From Sphyrna mokarran (taxonomy: Eukaryota), in the NCBI GenBank assembly GCA_024679065.1, contig JAGIQG010000016.1:40424001-40488000 (forward strand): 64,000 nucleotides of DNA, written 5' to 3'. The notes beneath the pieces are model-generated. The model was given only the letters and a program-made list of their open reading frames with translations. It was not told where the DNA came from and did no database searches. This document shows, in pieces, positions 13,286 through 25,439 of the stretch. The first letter of the stretch is position 1. Every line of letters starts with the position of its first letter. Made by a program: the position numbers and the translations under genes.

Positions 13286-14189
13286 CCTGCTCAAGTCCTC
13301 AAACCCTCAAAAACAAAATCTCTTTGCAGGGAAAATCGTAGTTTTCAAGGACTCCATAACAGAGGTTAACCTGTATCAATCAAGAACATGTCCAGTTCCA
13401 TTTGTGTTTTGATATTGTTCCTACCTAGATGTGGTGTCATTTAGAACATTCTAAAATTTGGCAAACTCCCAATTCTTTTTGAATTAGGAATCTTTATTCT
13501 CTGCTAGAATGATCAATTTTGTACTGGGACTTGTGAACTGATTTGTATCTTATGATCAGATGGCTTTGCAGCATTTAACAAAGGGATTTCCTGTGCTCCA
13601 ATATGCTGGCATTCCAATACGAAGATCTTTATACCACCACTCAGTGAGCAAATGGATTGTTAGTACCTCTGTCTAGGTTGCCAATTGTCAAGTGTTCATG
13701 TTTAAATCAGTGTCTTGTATTCAAGTTGAGATTTGCAAAGTTGAAATATGAGATCCAGCATCTACGTAAATAAATAGCAGCAATTTTGAAACAGAGGTCT
13801 TGATCTTTCAAAATCTAATTGTCAGAATTGTGGAACTGTTGTGCCACAAGAGGAGGTCATTTGGCCCATCGTGTCTGCATTGTCTCTCCAAATGAGCATC
13901 ATGAATTAATGCCATTCCTTGCCCTTCCCTAAACCACAACATATTATTTGAAGAAAAACAATAATCTAATGCCACCTTGAATGCAAAATCTTTTTAAATG
14001 CCTAGTTTTGTGGCTTACAAGAACATTGATACCCAGCACTGTTCAGATGGAGGCCATCCCAACATACAGATCTCACTTTTCCCAGTCCTGGTGCCTCTCA
14101 AATTGGAACTCACTTCTCCTGCACCCTCCTTTTGAGTTATGCATTTTAGATCTCTAATCTGATTTTTTTTTTTCCATGTGCCAATTTGT

Positions 14190-14890
14190 GTGTTGCTAAT
14201 AGTAATCCAGAGATTATCACTTTTGAGGTTTTGCTTCTTAATATGGTACCTAGGTCTTCATACTGATTTATGCAGGAACTCTTTTTTTCCCTGTTGTTTA
14301 TATCTAAGTAGATCAAGACAACTGGATCTTCCCCCTACCCACTACAAGTTCCTGTCCAGCCCTGTTCAAATGTTTTGAACTCTGGTATCAGCCAGGCAGC
14401 ATAACTGTCTGGACTTGAATTCTTTGCTGTAGAGAATGATGTCAATCCCTCTGACTATATTAGCCCTGTTGCCACTCCTTTTCTTTTTGCATTCCCCATT
14501 TGAATGGCTTCCTATACAAAGGTGCCATAGTCAGTTGATGAGCTATCCTGCAGTCCTCATTTTCATCCAAACAACGTGCAAGACTGCAAACCTGTTCAAA
14601 AAGGTTGAGTCTCATGTACACCAGCCCTCAGTCCCTTTTATCTGCTTCATTCTTCTGTCCTTGACCATTGATCAAATCAAAAGACCTTGTCCCAAGAGAC
14701 ATGACTACCTCCTGATGCAAAGAATCCAGGTAACTTGATATGTTGCAGTGTCTATAGTTCAGCCTGCAGCTCATAAATTCTGAGCCACAGCTGCTCATGC
14801 CTAAACATTCTGTGGACGTATTTGCCCTGGATTGAATTGGCACCCTGAATTCCCACATGCTGCAGTTGTGATACATCACCTGTCCTGTCA
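14190..14890 (-). mobile_element. CR1 ORF1 (esterase-like) relic
   Basis: Reverse strand resembles CR1 ORF1 segments (IVRGID, CCL, GEDPVV, KVIISGLL); heavily disrupted. Confidence 0.55.
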
Positions 14891-16621
14891 ACCTTAATGT
14901 GTTCTAATTAACTGTTTACTTATTTCATTCAATTGTATGTTTTGCATTTGCTGTTATGTATTTTATTAATCTTATTACAAATTGTAAGACTATTTTGAAT
15001 CTTTGGAGTAGAATAAACTGCAATCTATAAGGCCACACCCTGAAGATTGTGAAAGTTGGAAAGCAAAAAGCGCAAGAACACTGCGTGCCCATTCTCCCCT
15101 TACACTTTTAATTACCTGACTCTCAGCATTCTTAACTTTAGCTAAAGTACATCATTCCACTTTCAACCAAATTCCTAAATATATTCACTCAAACTGTGTC
15201 CCATGCAGGCAAAGTCTCCCTGACTGACTTCTACATGGTTGCTGTTACATCTGAGGGGAAGAAAAAGATGCCTTGGATGAAAATTTAGTTTTTTTCAGGA
15301 TAAAAATGTATTAATTTTACTGTTCAGAAACAAATTTGATCAATAGTTTTTAAATAACAATCCTTGTCATTGAAGACTAAAGGAAAATTCTTTACAACCT
15401 TGAATGTTTCTTGTGTATTTGCTGAGTTATTGTGGCTCATATCACTAATTGCAATTATATTTGCTTTAGTTTGTTAACTGATGTGATAACCACTACCTTT
15501 CCCAAAGGGAATTTGTTTATGTAGTACATTATATTCTTTAAGCAAATTATCACAACTGAGCACTTGCTAATCCCTTGAGTAAACACCTGCAAAGATAGAA
15601 GCTTTTGGATCCTAAGGCAAAGGTGCAGGTGAGAAAGTCAAAAGTCTCAATTAGTGCTGCAAAGTTTTCTTTGAGCAGAAATTGTATTCTAATTTTCTCC
15701 TATTTACTATTTCTCCATTCATTGGAATCAATATTTAAACCGAAGAGGGAAAACCTCGAAGCATTTGCAATTACCTTGACAGTTTCCTTGATGTGTGGGG
15801 GCATCTAATGTTGCACAATTGGTGTACGTAACTAATGCTCTCTCAATTCTGACTAAAGATGCTCTAACCAATATTTGTAATCAGGCCCAGCAAGAGGAAG
15901 TTTGCATGAGATATCTAGAAAGGAACTGTGTTTCTCTGTTAGCCCATCAAATTGAAAGCCTGAGATGGAAAGATGCATTGGTTGCACTAGTAGTTTTATG
16001 ATCACCAATTCAGCCAGTTGTCACAAAGCATGTGCAAACTCAAATGAAGGCTAAAATTAGTGCACCAAATTCCTCTGACACTGGTCGTGTTCTATTTCCT
16101 TTACAAAATAACATTTTAGTGAGTTCTCTATGCAGAACCTTCATATTGGTTGAAATACACCAATGACTCCTGTACCATGCGAGTACAAAATGGAGCCTTA
16201 GTTGTAACAAGTAGGGCAATGTTCCTCCTGTACGTTATAGTTACAATTTAACCATGCGGGTGACTTCACAGTAGAAAAATTGCAGTTGTATAAATTATCA
16301 TTCCAGCAGAAATATATTGTAGCCTTGCTCCTGCTCACTTAAGGATGGAGTAACTGGTGGATTGCTGCCTTCATTCATACTTGGTTTAGCTAGTTCTTAT
16401 TCCATTTAGAGTCAGGTTTCTTTTACATCAATGAGCCCAACACGTCCATAAGTCAATAAAATAAATCTCTCCTTTTGCTAACCTGAATGGCATTGCAGAA
16501 TTGTTGCCAGAAAATTAGATTAAATTGAGAAACTTTTCACTTGGGCATTTGAGACTTTTTTGATAACTTGTGACTTGTCCAAACTAGAGCAAGTCTTTTT
16601 TTTTTTGTGGTTTATTGAATT

Positions 16622-17850
16622 CAAAGAACAAAGCAGCATGGGAAACAGGCCCTTCAACCCAATGAGCCTGCACTGCCACCCTGATGTTCCCACCTCTACC
16701 CATGATCCCTGTCTATGTTTATAGATCTATGGATTAAAAACCAAATTTGAGACAATTTAGGGAGAATTTGTTTTGCCTATTAGCCTAAGAGCACATCTTT
16801 GGGATATGGGAGGAAACCGGAGCACCCGGAGAAAACCCACAAGCATGGGGAGAATGTGCAAACTCCCACAGACACAGGCCCAAATCCATGTTTCCGCACA
16901 GCACAGCGATAGTCACTGAGCTGTCATGTTGCCCATCAAATGGTCCAGGTCAAGCATACACTAACGACATGAAGCACTAGGATATTCTCAAAAAAAAATC
17001 CAAGCGCAGCCCTCTCTCGACCCATCGCGTGTACGTCCCTCGTTAGACAACAAGGTGGACCAAAGCACCTGTAGGATAAAAACAAGTACATCAATATCAT
17101 CATCTATTTACACACTTCCCAGGGACTCCCAAGGCTCATGATCCCTATTTTAAATCAGTTTTCTATACCCCTCCATTCCCATTCTGTTCATGTGCCCATC
17201 TAAGTATTTCTTAAATAACTCCAGACTACCTGCCTCCACCACTTTACTTGGCAGCGCATTCCATACTCCCACCACCCTCTGAGTGAAAAAACTCCCCTCT
17301 AGCATCCAAATTATACCTTATCCCCCCCTCACCCTAAGCCCATGACCCCTCGTGCTATTTGAGTCCATCCTAGGAAAAAGCTTAATCCTGTTTACTCTAT
17401 CTATACCCCTCATAATCTTGTACGCTTCTATTAGATCTCCTCTAAATCTACGTCTTTCTAAGGAAAACAGTCCCAATTTGCCTAACCTCTCCTCGTAACT
17501 CAGACCTTCCATACCAGGCAGCATCCTGGTAAACCTCCGCTGCACTCTCTCTCCAGAGCCTCCACATCCTTCCGATAGTAGGGCGACCAGAACTGGACGC
17601 AGTATTCCAAATGAGCTCTAACCAACGTTTTATACAACTGCAACATTAAAGGCCAGCTCTTGTACACTATACCCCTTCCTATAAAGGCTAACATACCATA
17701 TGCTTTCTTCACAACCTTCTCCATTTGCTCTGCCACCTTCAGAGACTTGTTCACCTGCACCCCCAGGTCCCTCTGCATTTCTATTCTCTCAATAGGTCTA
17801 CCCTTTATCATATACCTCCCCCTACATTCTTTCTCCCAAAATGCATCATT
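16622..17850 (-). mobile_element. Relatively young 5'-truncated CR1 with long composite 3'UTR (copy 1)
   Basis: ORF-track peptides YKTLVRAHLEYCVQFWSPYYRKDVEALE and QRRFTRMLPGMEGLSYEERL; closely similar to 55360-56330. Confidence 0.9.
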
Positions 17851-19437
17851 TCCTTCTGTACTGTTGGATATCACCAAGGGCCAACTTGGTCAAGTTCTGA
17901 TAATGGATCCTCAGATTTATTCTGCTGTTAAATTTGAATAGGTAACTAGCTGGAGGGGCAGGGGGGAGTGCTTTTTTAATGGAATCCCAATTTAAAGTGA
18001 CTAATCGCTTAAGGTTAAGTATTTAAGTAGACTCATCCCTGTCAGCCCATTGCACTGTGGAAGTCATCTTTCCTGGACCAGTGAATTACCCAGCACAAGT
18101 CATCAACTTGTCAATTCTGAAAGAAGTTAGCATTGAAATTTGATTCTGGATCCATGTGAAACAATTATCTTTTATGTGGTCTTTGCCCTATACTTTATCC
18201 ATTATACCACTTTTATTGCATGCAAGTGCCACAGGTTGTAGTCACACTCCCTCCTGTGTTTTGTGTGTGTGTTTGCTATGGGGTTATTAATAGAGAATTG
18301 GATCACACCTAAACTGGGGAGTTGGCAAAATGTGTCACCATTTCAAAACATGAAGAAATCAAAAATACTTTGAGCTTATGGTGAGTGGAGAAATGAGGGC
18401 TGTTTAAGTTAAATTCTGTGCATAATACAATGACAGATGACATTAGACTGAGGTCTGTAACTATCTGGTTTCTGTCTCCCATTATTGTTAAAAAAAAAGT
18501 TAAACTTTCCCATCCAAGACGCAAACCAAATTGGAAGTTGTTTTGAGATTTGTTACTAATGTATTCCTCACTCGCTAAAAGTTTGGAGTGGAATCTATCA
18601 GGTTGTTTGCACAGGTATAGCTAAGAATTGTGCTAGTTAGCTTGGTACTCAATGGATGTCTGCCTTGTTTTAGATTTTTCTACCAGATCATAGATAGAAA
18701 TTCATAGTACAAGAATGATGCCAGTAAAAAATAACTCGACTAACTGAAAGTGTCACTCATGCTTTGGCAGAATATTCCAGCTTCAAATTTTGTGGCCGGT
18801 GACTGGTCTTTTTGTGATTTCTCCTCCCGTTTCCCCACATCCCTTGTTACCCTCTGAGGACTTGGAATATACAATCCCTACAGTGCAGAAGAAGGCCACT
18901 CTGCCTATGAAGGTCTTCAGCATGCATGTGGTCCAGCTTCATCAGTAAGCTATGAATTGGCAGACACTCCTGTCAGAATAAGATTATCCAAAATTATGCC
19001 AACTTCACCATTAGTGCACCAATCCAAATTTAATTTGAAAAGGCAATTTCCTCTTGACATGCCTGTAGCAACTTCCTCCATTCCAAACATGTATTTCCCT
19101 ATTTTTTTTTCCCAGTGAAGTTGAGAATCACACCGATTTTGTAATTATTCCAGATTATTCAAAAATGTACTTCTGCTGCTTTTTAGCAGGAATACAGGCA
19201 TAAAGTAGGGAGATGTTATTTGTACTCTCATTAAATCTTCACACATATATAATGGGTAGAGAATAAACTCTTAAGTATCCGTAATGTTTAATGGATTGCA
19301 AGTGAAGTTAGAGATTTGGAATGGCAGGTAAAATGTTTAATCTAAAATTGTCAGGATTTCCTGCAAGTACCACTGTTGCAGTTTTACTCATAACCTGCCT
19401 GAAGATCTGAAATTTACAGTGCTGTCAACCTTCTCAG

Positions 19438-19551
19438 ATTATCCAGATGACTTAAACCACAGTGAAACTTATCTCCAAACCACAACATTTCTTCCTGAAG
19501 ATTTTACCTACCAAGCAAACCTCGTGTGTCCTGAAAGACTTCCTTCTATGA
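19438..19551 (+). CDS. B4GALT5: B4GALT5 coding exon 3 (DYPDDLNHSETYLQTTTFLPEDFTYQANLVCPERLPSM)
   Basis: Acceptor ttctcag, donor A|gtgagt; 114 nt, phase-compatible with exons 2 and 4. Not in the ORF track; translated by hand. Confidence 0.95.
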
Positions 19552-19701
19552 GTGAGTATGTGAACAAGTTAAATTAGTAAAACTATTGAGACATCAAATT
19601 ATTGTTGGAATTAATCTATGTAAATTGAGTTCCAAGTTATAGCTAGGTGTTTCTGTAGTACAGAAATACCACAATATTTGAGTATTGATTCCAAAACAGT
19701 C

Positions 19702-20708
19702 AACGGAAAATGTTGGGGGAAAAACTCAGCAGGTCTGACAGCTTCTGTGTCGTGTAAAGCAGTCACCCAATCTGCATTTAATCTCCCTGTTGTAGAGGAG
19801 ACCACGTTGGAAGCAGTGAATACAGTAAACCAAATTGAAGGAAGTGCAAGTGAACTGTTGCTCTACCTCAAAGGAACAGTTGAAGCCTTGAATGGTAAAG
19901 AGGGATGGGCAAATCTATAAACTGATCACTGTATTGAACATTAAGGCAAAATTAAACCCAAAGGGGTGATGATGGTCTAGTGGTATTATCACTAGATTCT
20001 TAATCCAGGAACTCAGCAACTATTCTGGGAACCCGGGTTGGAATCCAGCCCTTAGCGGGTTGTGGAATTTGAATTCAATGAAAAATACTTGAAACTAAGA
20101 ATCTACTGATGACCATGAAATCATTGTTGGTTGTCAGAAAAACCCTTTTGGCTCACTAATGTCCTTTAGGGAAGGAAATCTGCTACCCTTACCTGCTTTG
20201 GCCTATATGTGACTTCAGAGCAGTATGGTTGACCCAGTTACTGCAACTCTGCCCTCTCTTCCAGGACCACTGTGGGTCCCTTTTGTCCTCATTTTTCACC
20301 CCACCAGCTTCCACATTCAAAAGGGTCACCATCTGTCATTTCTACAAATTCGCCAGCATGCTGCCGCCACGCTCTCCCTCCATCAGCATTCTCTCGGGAC
20401 TGCTCTTTCCGAGATATCCCTAGTCCGTTTCTCCATCACCCCAACACCTCGTCCCTTAGCATGGCACCTTTCCTTGCAATTGCAGAAGTTGCAACGTTTG
20501 CCCATCCCTCCTGACCATTCAAGGCTTCAACTGTTCCTTTTGAGGTAAAGCAACAGTTCACTTGCACTTCCTTCCTTTTGGTTTACTGTATTCACTGCTT
20601 CCAATGTGGTCTCCTCTACAACAGGGAGATTAAATGCAGATTGGGTGACTGCTTTACATGACACAGAAGCTGTCAGACCTGTTGAGTTTTTCCAGCGTTT
20701 TCTGTTTT
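19702..20708 (+). mobile_element. Internally deleted Penelope-like element with an inverted 5' copy of its 3' end
   Basis: VPFVLIFHPTSFHIQ and GIY-YIG-like VYCIHCxQCGLLY...RLGDCF peptides; 19702-19913 is a near-perfect inverted copy of 20497-20706. Confidence 0.8.
19962..20258 (+). mobile_element. Second tRNA-derived SINE family, nested in the Penelope element
   Basis: A box TGGTCTAGTGG, B box GGTTGGAATCC, body CACTAATGTCCTTTAGGGAAGGAAATCTG; lacks the V core. Confidence 0.7.
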
Positions 20709-20959
20709 TAGGTCATGGAATTAGATATTTGGTCTTTTTGGTTGCAAAGCAGTAGAATATTAATTTTTATACTATGATTTTTATACCAAATGTAAGCATG
20801 AATATGCTGCAAGAAAGTTTGCAGTGTGAGTGTATACAAACTAAAATAATCTAACATTAGTTTTGGTAAATTTGTATTCGCATAGGTTAGACAATTGGTT
20901 GAAAGCAACAAGTTCAGGAAATTCATTTGTCTTGCATTATTATCAAATATATAAATGAA

Positions 20960-21900
20960 CTGCCATTTATTGGCTGTCCTTATTTCCCCAAGATGGGAAT
21001 CCTTCCTTCACCACTGCAAACATTGTGTTAATGGTGATCCCATCTTGGGAAGTGTATGGGAGGATTTTGACTTGGCAACAAGCTTGCAACCGGTGGCCTA
21101 TGTCCAAATCTGGATGGTGAGAGACTTGGAGAGGAAGTTGGAGTTTGTGACCTTTCTGCTGTTGACCTTTATTTATGGTAGAGACCACAGGATTGACAGG
21201 TGGTGTTAACATGTGGCTGTAATGAATCCTTTTGATGATTACCTCTCAGTAGGAGAGGATGGATATGGAATCCAGTGACAGGGATGCCAATCAAGTGAAC
21301 TGCTCATTCATAAATGGAGTCATGCTTCGTAAGTTTTGTTGTAACTGCACTTGTATAGTTGCAATATTGACCACTTGCTTAAATCAAGTCTCGTAAATGG
21401 CTTAATAAGTGCAGTGTGTACTACTCATTGCAGATTACATAGTGTCTTGCCCTACTCTTGTTGTATTAAAGTGATTGAACCTTCACGTTAATGAGCGAAC
21501 CTGGCAATGTTGAAGGCTGACGAGAGGTGTTTTGTTGGATGTGGTCATTTCTGGCACTTGTGTGGTGTGAATGTTGCTTGTCACTTGTGCTTCAAATTTG
21601 GATGGTCCTGCTGTAGGCTAACTTGTCAGTTAATTATGGGAGGAGTTGTGAATAGTGTATAAATACCATGGAATTGTTGTTGAACTGTATCACTTTTTCT
21701 AACACAGAGGGAAAGGCAATAATGTTTGGACCAAGATCAGTTTATAAGAACTTTTGTTACAATGACTCTAAAATAAACTCAACCATCCTTTAATTCCTGT
21801 GAAGTATGGCTACAGTCATGAATTGACTTTTGTGACCTCCCATTGGTTTTAACATTGCGCAAACTGGTTTTGCATTTGTTGCTTTCAGTGTTAAATGCAA
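20960..21900 (-). mobile_element. Old CR1-group LINE relic
   Basis: Minus peptide LQLPLQVSHHPDLDI; same family as 4285 and 57585. Confidence 0.55.
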
Positions 21901-22827
21901 TTGCTCTTGTGTCTTCCATTGCTCCAGTCTGAGATCTGGAGCCAAGTGGTTCAGGAAGAACTGAAATTAAGGGTTACTATGTGTAGTACTGAGTAGATAT
22001 CACTTATTGGCATAATTGTTGATTCCTTTAATCCTCTTATTGATAATTGGGAAGAACCTGATGATAATTGCTCAAGTTTGATTTGTCTTGCCTTAACAAA
22101 TAGGATGTACCCTACGTAAATGTCATTTGTGGACGAAAGCAGTATCGCAGCTGCATTGGAATAGCTCGACAATGGAAGTATCAAATTCTTGTGTGCAAGA
22201 TTTTACTATACGAAAGATATTTCAGGTTTGATAGTTGTTAATTTTCTTGAAGTCGCATGGAGAGAAGCAAACTGGCTTAATACTGGCATGTATGATTAGG
22301 ATCTTGGAGGGGGGGGAAAGAATGTCAGAACATTGACTTGGAGCCTTTGATTGAAGATATTGTTTGGTCTCTTTCATTCACATGCTATGTTCCACCAGAA
22401 CTATGTATGTTTATGGAGCTTCTTCCTAACATTACTTACCATCATTCTCGCTGGATATGGTAAGACCACACAGAGCTTTTGATTAACCCGTTAGTTTTGG
22501 AACTCTTTGATAATTAGTGTTTAGGTAGCTCAATGCTATAGCTTACTTCCTGGTCCTTGCCTGGTAATGCACTGGGCACACTTTTTCTCTGCACTTCCCA
22601 TTTGACAAGTTGATATTGGTGAAGTGAGGAATATGCTGAGCCATAAGCTTGTTCGTTTTGGTAGTGCACAATTCTTGTGCCTAGTGGATGCAGAGCTTTG
22701 GGCATGTAGCTGTATCCTTGGATGGGTAGTATGCCATTGGTTCTAGAATTGCTCAATGCTTTAGTCAACATAGACTGGTAACAACGTTTGGAGCAGCTTA
22801 TCTTTCATTTCCAATATTCCCAAACAG

Positions 22828-22952
22828 CGGGTCCAATCGATGTAAACATGACTGAAATCTCATTGGAAGAGATCCAGGAATCATTTGCTAAAGATCCTTA
22901 CATCCAGATTGGTGGTCACTGGAAGCCAAGAGATTGTATACCTCGTTGGAAG
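22828..22952 (+). CDS. B4GALT5: B4GALT5 coding exon 4 (TGPIDVNMTEISLEEIQESFAKDPYIQIGGHWKPRDCIPRWK)
   Basis: Acceptor caaacag, donor AAG|gtaata; 125 nt. GGHWKPxDCxPRWK motif of B4GALT5/6. Confidence 0.96.
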
Positions 22953-23553
22953 GTAATAAATGGGTGCATGTTTATGAACAATGATCCTTTCCTTAACTTT
23001 TCAGCATGTTTGAAAGATGTGAACTTGCATTCTCACAAAGCTGAACTTGTGACCCTTAAGATTTTAATCATATTTCTAGATTAATACTATATACTTTTCT
23101 ATTTTAGAAACTGCAAAAATCAAGGTATTGAGCAGAGACAATTTGCACACGTGAATTAAATGTCTGTATACTATGGGTGTGTTTTAAAATTCAGATTAAT
23201 TATTGCAAAAGACATTTGTTGATTTTGAAGTCTCTGTACTTCGTCAACTGTGTTTTCTGCAACAGCTATCCATTAACTTTGAATTTTCTATTTATTCCAT
23301 AGAATTGTAATATTGTAGTGCAAAATGGTACCCTTAATTGGCTAGGAGTTGGTGTATGTTTTAATCTGGCAGTCATACATGAAATTTACTGCTGAACCTT
23401 GCGATACTAGTTTTTTTTGTACATTATCACCTGAATTCTCCTTCCTAATTCCAATTCAGTAATTACACATGGCAAGTGTATGCCTATTTGCAGAGAACTA
23501 AATGTGGATTTTCATGTGGGACTTCCACTTTGAGACCTATCAACCAGCGATAT

Positions 23554-23879
23554 GGGGTGGCACAGTGACAAGTGGTTGGCACTGCTGCCACACAATGCCA
23601 GGGATATGTGTTCAACTCTGGCCTCAGGTCACTGTCTGTGTGGAGTTTGCACATACTCCCCCTGTCTTCGTGGGTTTCTTCCGAGTGCTCCAGTTGCCTT
23701 CTGCACTCCAATGATGTGCAGGGTAGGTTGATTAGCTGTACTACATTGCCCTTCAGTTTCAGGGAATTTGCAGAGTAAATACATGGGGTTACAGAGCTAG
23801 GGCCTGTGTAAGATTGTTATTGGTGCAAGCTCAGTGGGCTGAATGTCCTCTTTCTGCACTTCAGGGGTTGTATGATTCC
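23554..23879 (+). mobile_element. HE1-like V-SINE, tail class A, full length
   Basis: GGGGTGGCACAGTG head, V core, tail TTCTGCACT...GTATGATTC. Confidence 0.85.
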
Positions 23880-25054
23880 AGTGCCTGTACGAGACCTGTT
23901 GTGAGAGCAGTGACTCATGCTGGGCAAGATGGTATTGCAGTGGAAAGAACTTTTGAGAAATGAGAGGCATGAATGAATTGTTGCATTTCTACAACTAATA
24001 TTGTAAAGATAAATGGAACCTTCTGTTGGTGCAATCTTGCTCACATCTGTCTTCATTAAACTTTTTTGCAAATAGAAGGAAATCTCTGTTGTGTATGTAG
24101 TGACACTACTGGTATTTTCTCCTAGGCTCATGCTAATTCTTGTGTTGTCTGTACGTGCTCTCACAGCTTGTCCATGATTCTTAATTATTGTTCTTAACCC
24201 CTAGTGCACAAGAGCCAGCAATAAAAGGTTACATTTCAAATAGAAGTCACTGGCATTTGAATTTTCCCCCAGATTAGCTATGCTCAATTCATTCACCATT
24301 TTGTTGTTTAAAAAAAATCAAAGTGGCAGATGTGGTTTGCAACACTTATTTGTTTGGTATTGGAGATGTTTGTTATGATTAATTCATCACCCACAATACA
24401 TGCACAAACAGTCTGTCCATTCACATGATGGATAAATTAATTGAGGGAATTAATCAAAATCACTTGAGCTATGCTTTTCTAGACACGTGGAATTCTAGCT
24501 GATTCATTCATTTATGAAATCTAACTTTAAAACTAAAAATACTAGATTGATTTATTTTTGCAGTTAAATTTTTAAATGTTAATTTTTTTAAAGCAAACTT
24601 ACTCCTGAAATTCAGCCTTCAATTTCTTTATGACCCCTTGGTTTTCAAACCGTGGTTATTTTATTAAACTAAAATCTAGCCTGTTGTCATTTAAGCACCT
24701 TTTTAATCTAAACTGTGCCCTGTTCTGATGTATAAGAACATTGTATAATAGTGTTGTTTAGTCCTTGCCTGCCAAGTGTCTATGCGTTCATAAATTCAGA
24801 AAGTGTCTAGCATTGTTTTGAACAGTAGACATTGTGCTCAATTGTGGAAAAGTTCCACTTGTGGGACTGACCTATTTCTGCACCAAAAATAGTAGTCATG
24901 GAGTCATTGCAGTGCACAAGGGGGCCATTTTGTCAACTGAGTCCATGCCAACTTTCTGTAAAGTGCTCCAGTCAATCATATTCCTCACACTCTATTCTTT
25001 AGCCCCAGAAGTTTATTACCATTCAGTTTCCTCTAAAAGTTGTTGACAGTCTAT

Positions 25055-25347
25055 CTGCTCAGTGGTTAGCACTGTTGCCTCTCAGCACAGGGGACCTGGG
25101 TTGAATTCAGGCCTTGGGTGACTGTCTTTTGTCTTTATGCAGTTCACATGTTCTCCCCATGTCTGCCTAGTTTTCCTCAGGGTGCTCTGGTTTCCTCCCT
25201 CAGTCCAAAGATGTGCAAGTTAAATGGATTATGTCCCAAGGTGTGTAGTTACGTAGGTTAACCATGGTATATGTGTGGGGTTATGGGGATAGAGTGGGAG
25301 AAGGGCCTGGTTAAGATACTTTGTTATAGAGTCAGTGCAGACTTGAC
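25055..25347 (+). mobile_element. HE1-like V-SINE, tail class A
   Basis: CAGTGGTTAGCACTG head, GGTTGAATTC B box, V core. Confidence 0.85.
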
Positions 25348-25439
25348 AAAAAGTGGCCCTGTCACTTGACCACCAGGACTACAAACATCTACCATCCTCC
25401 CTCCTGAAAAATCACACTCTCTGACCTCCCTGTTTTCTT

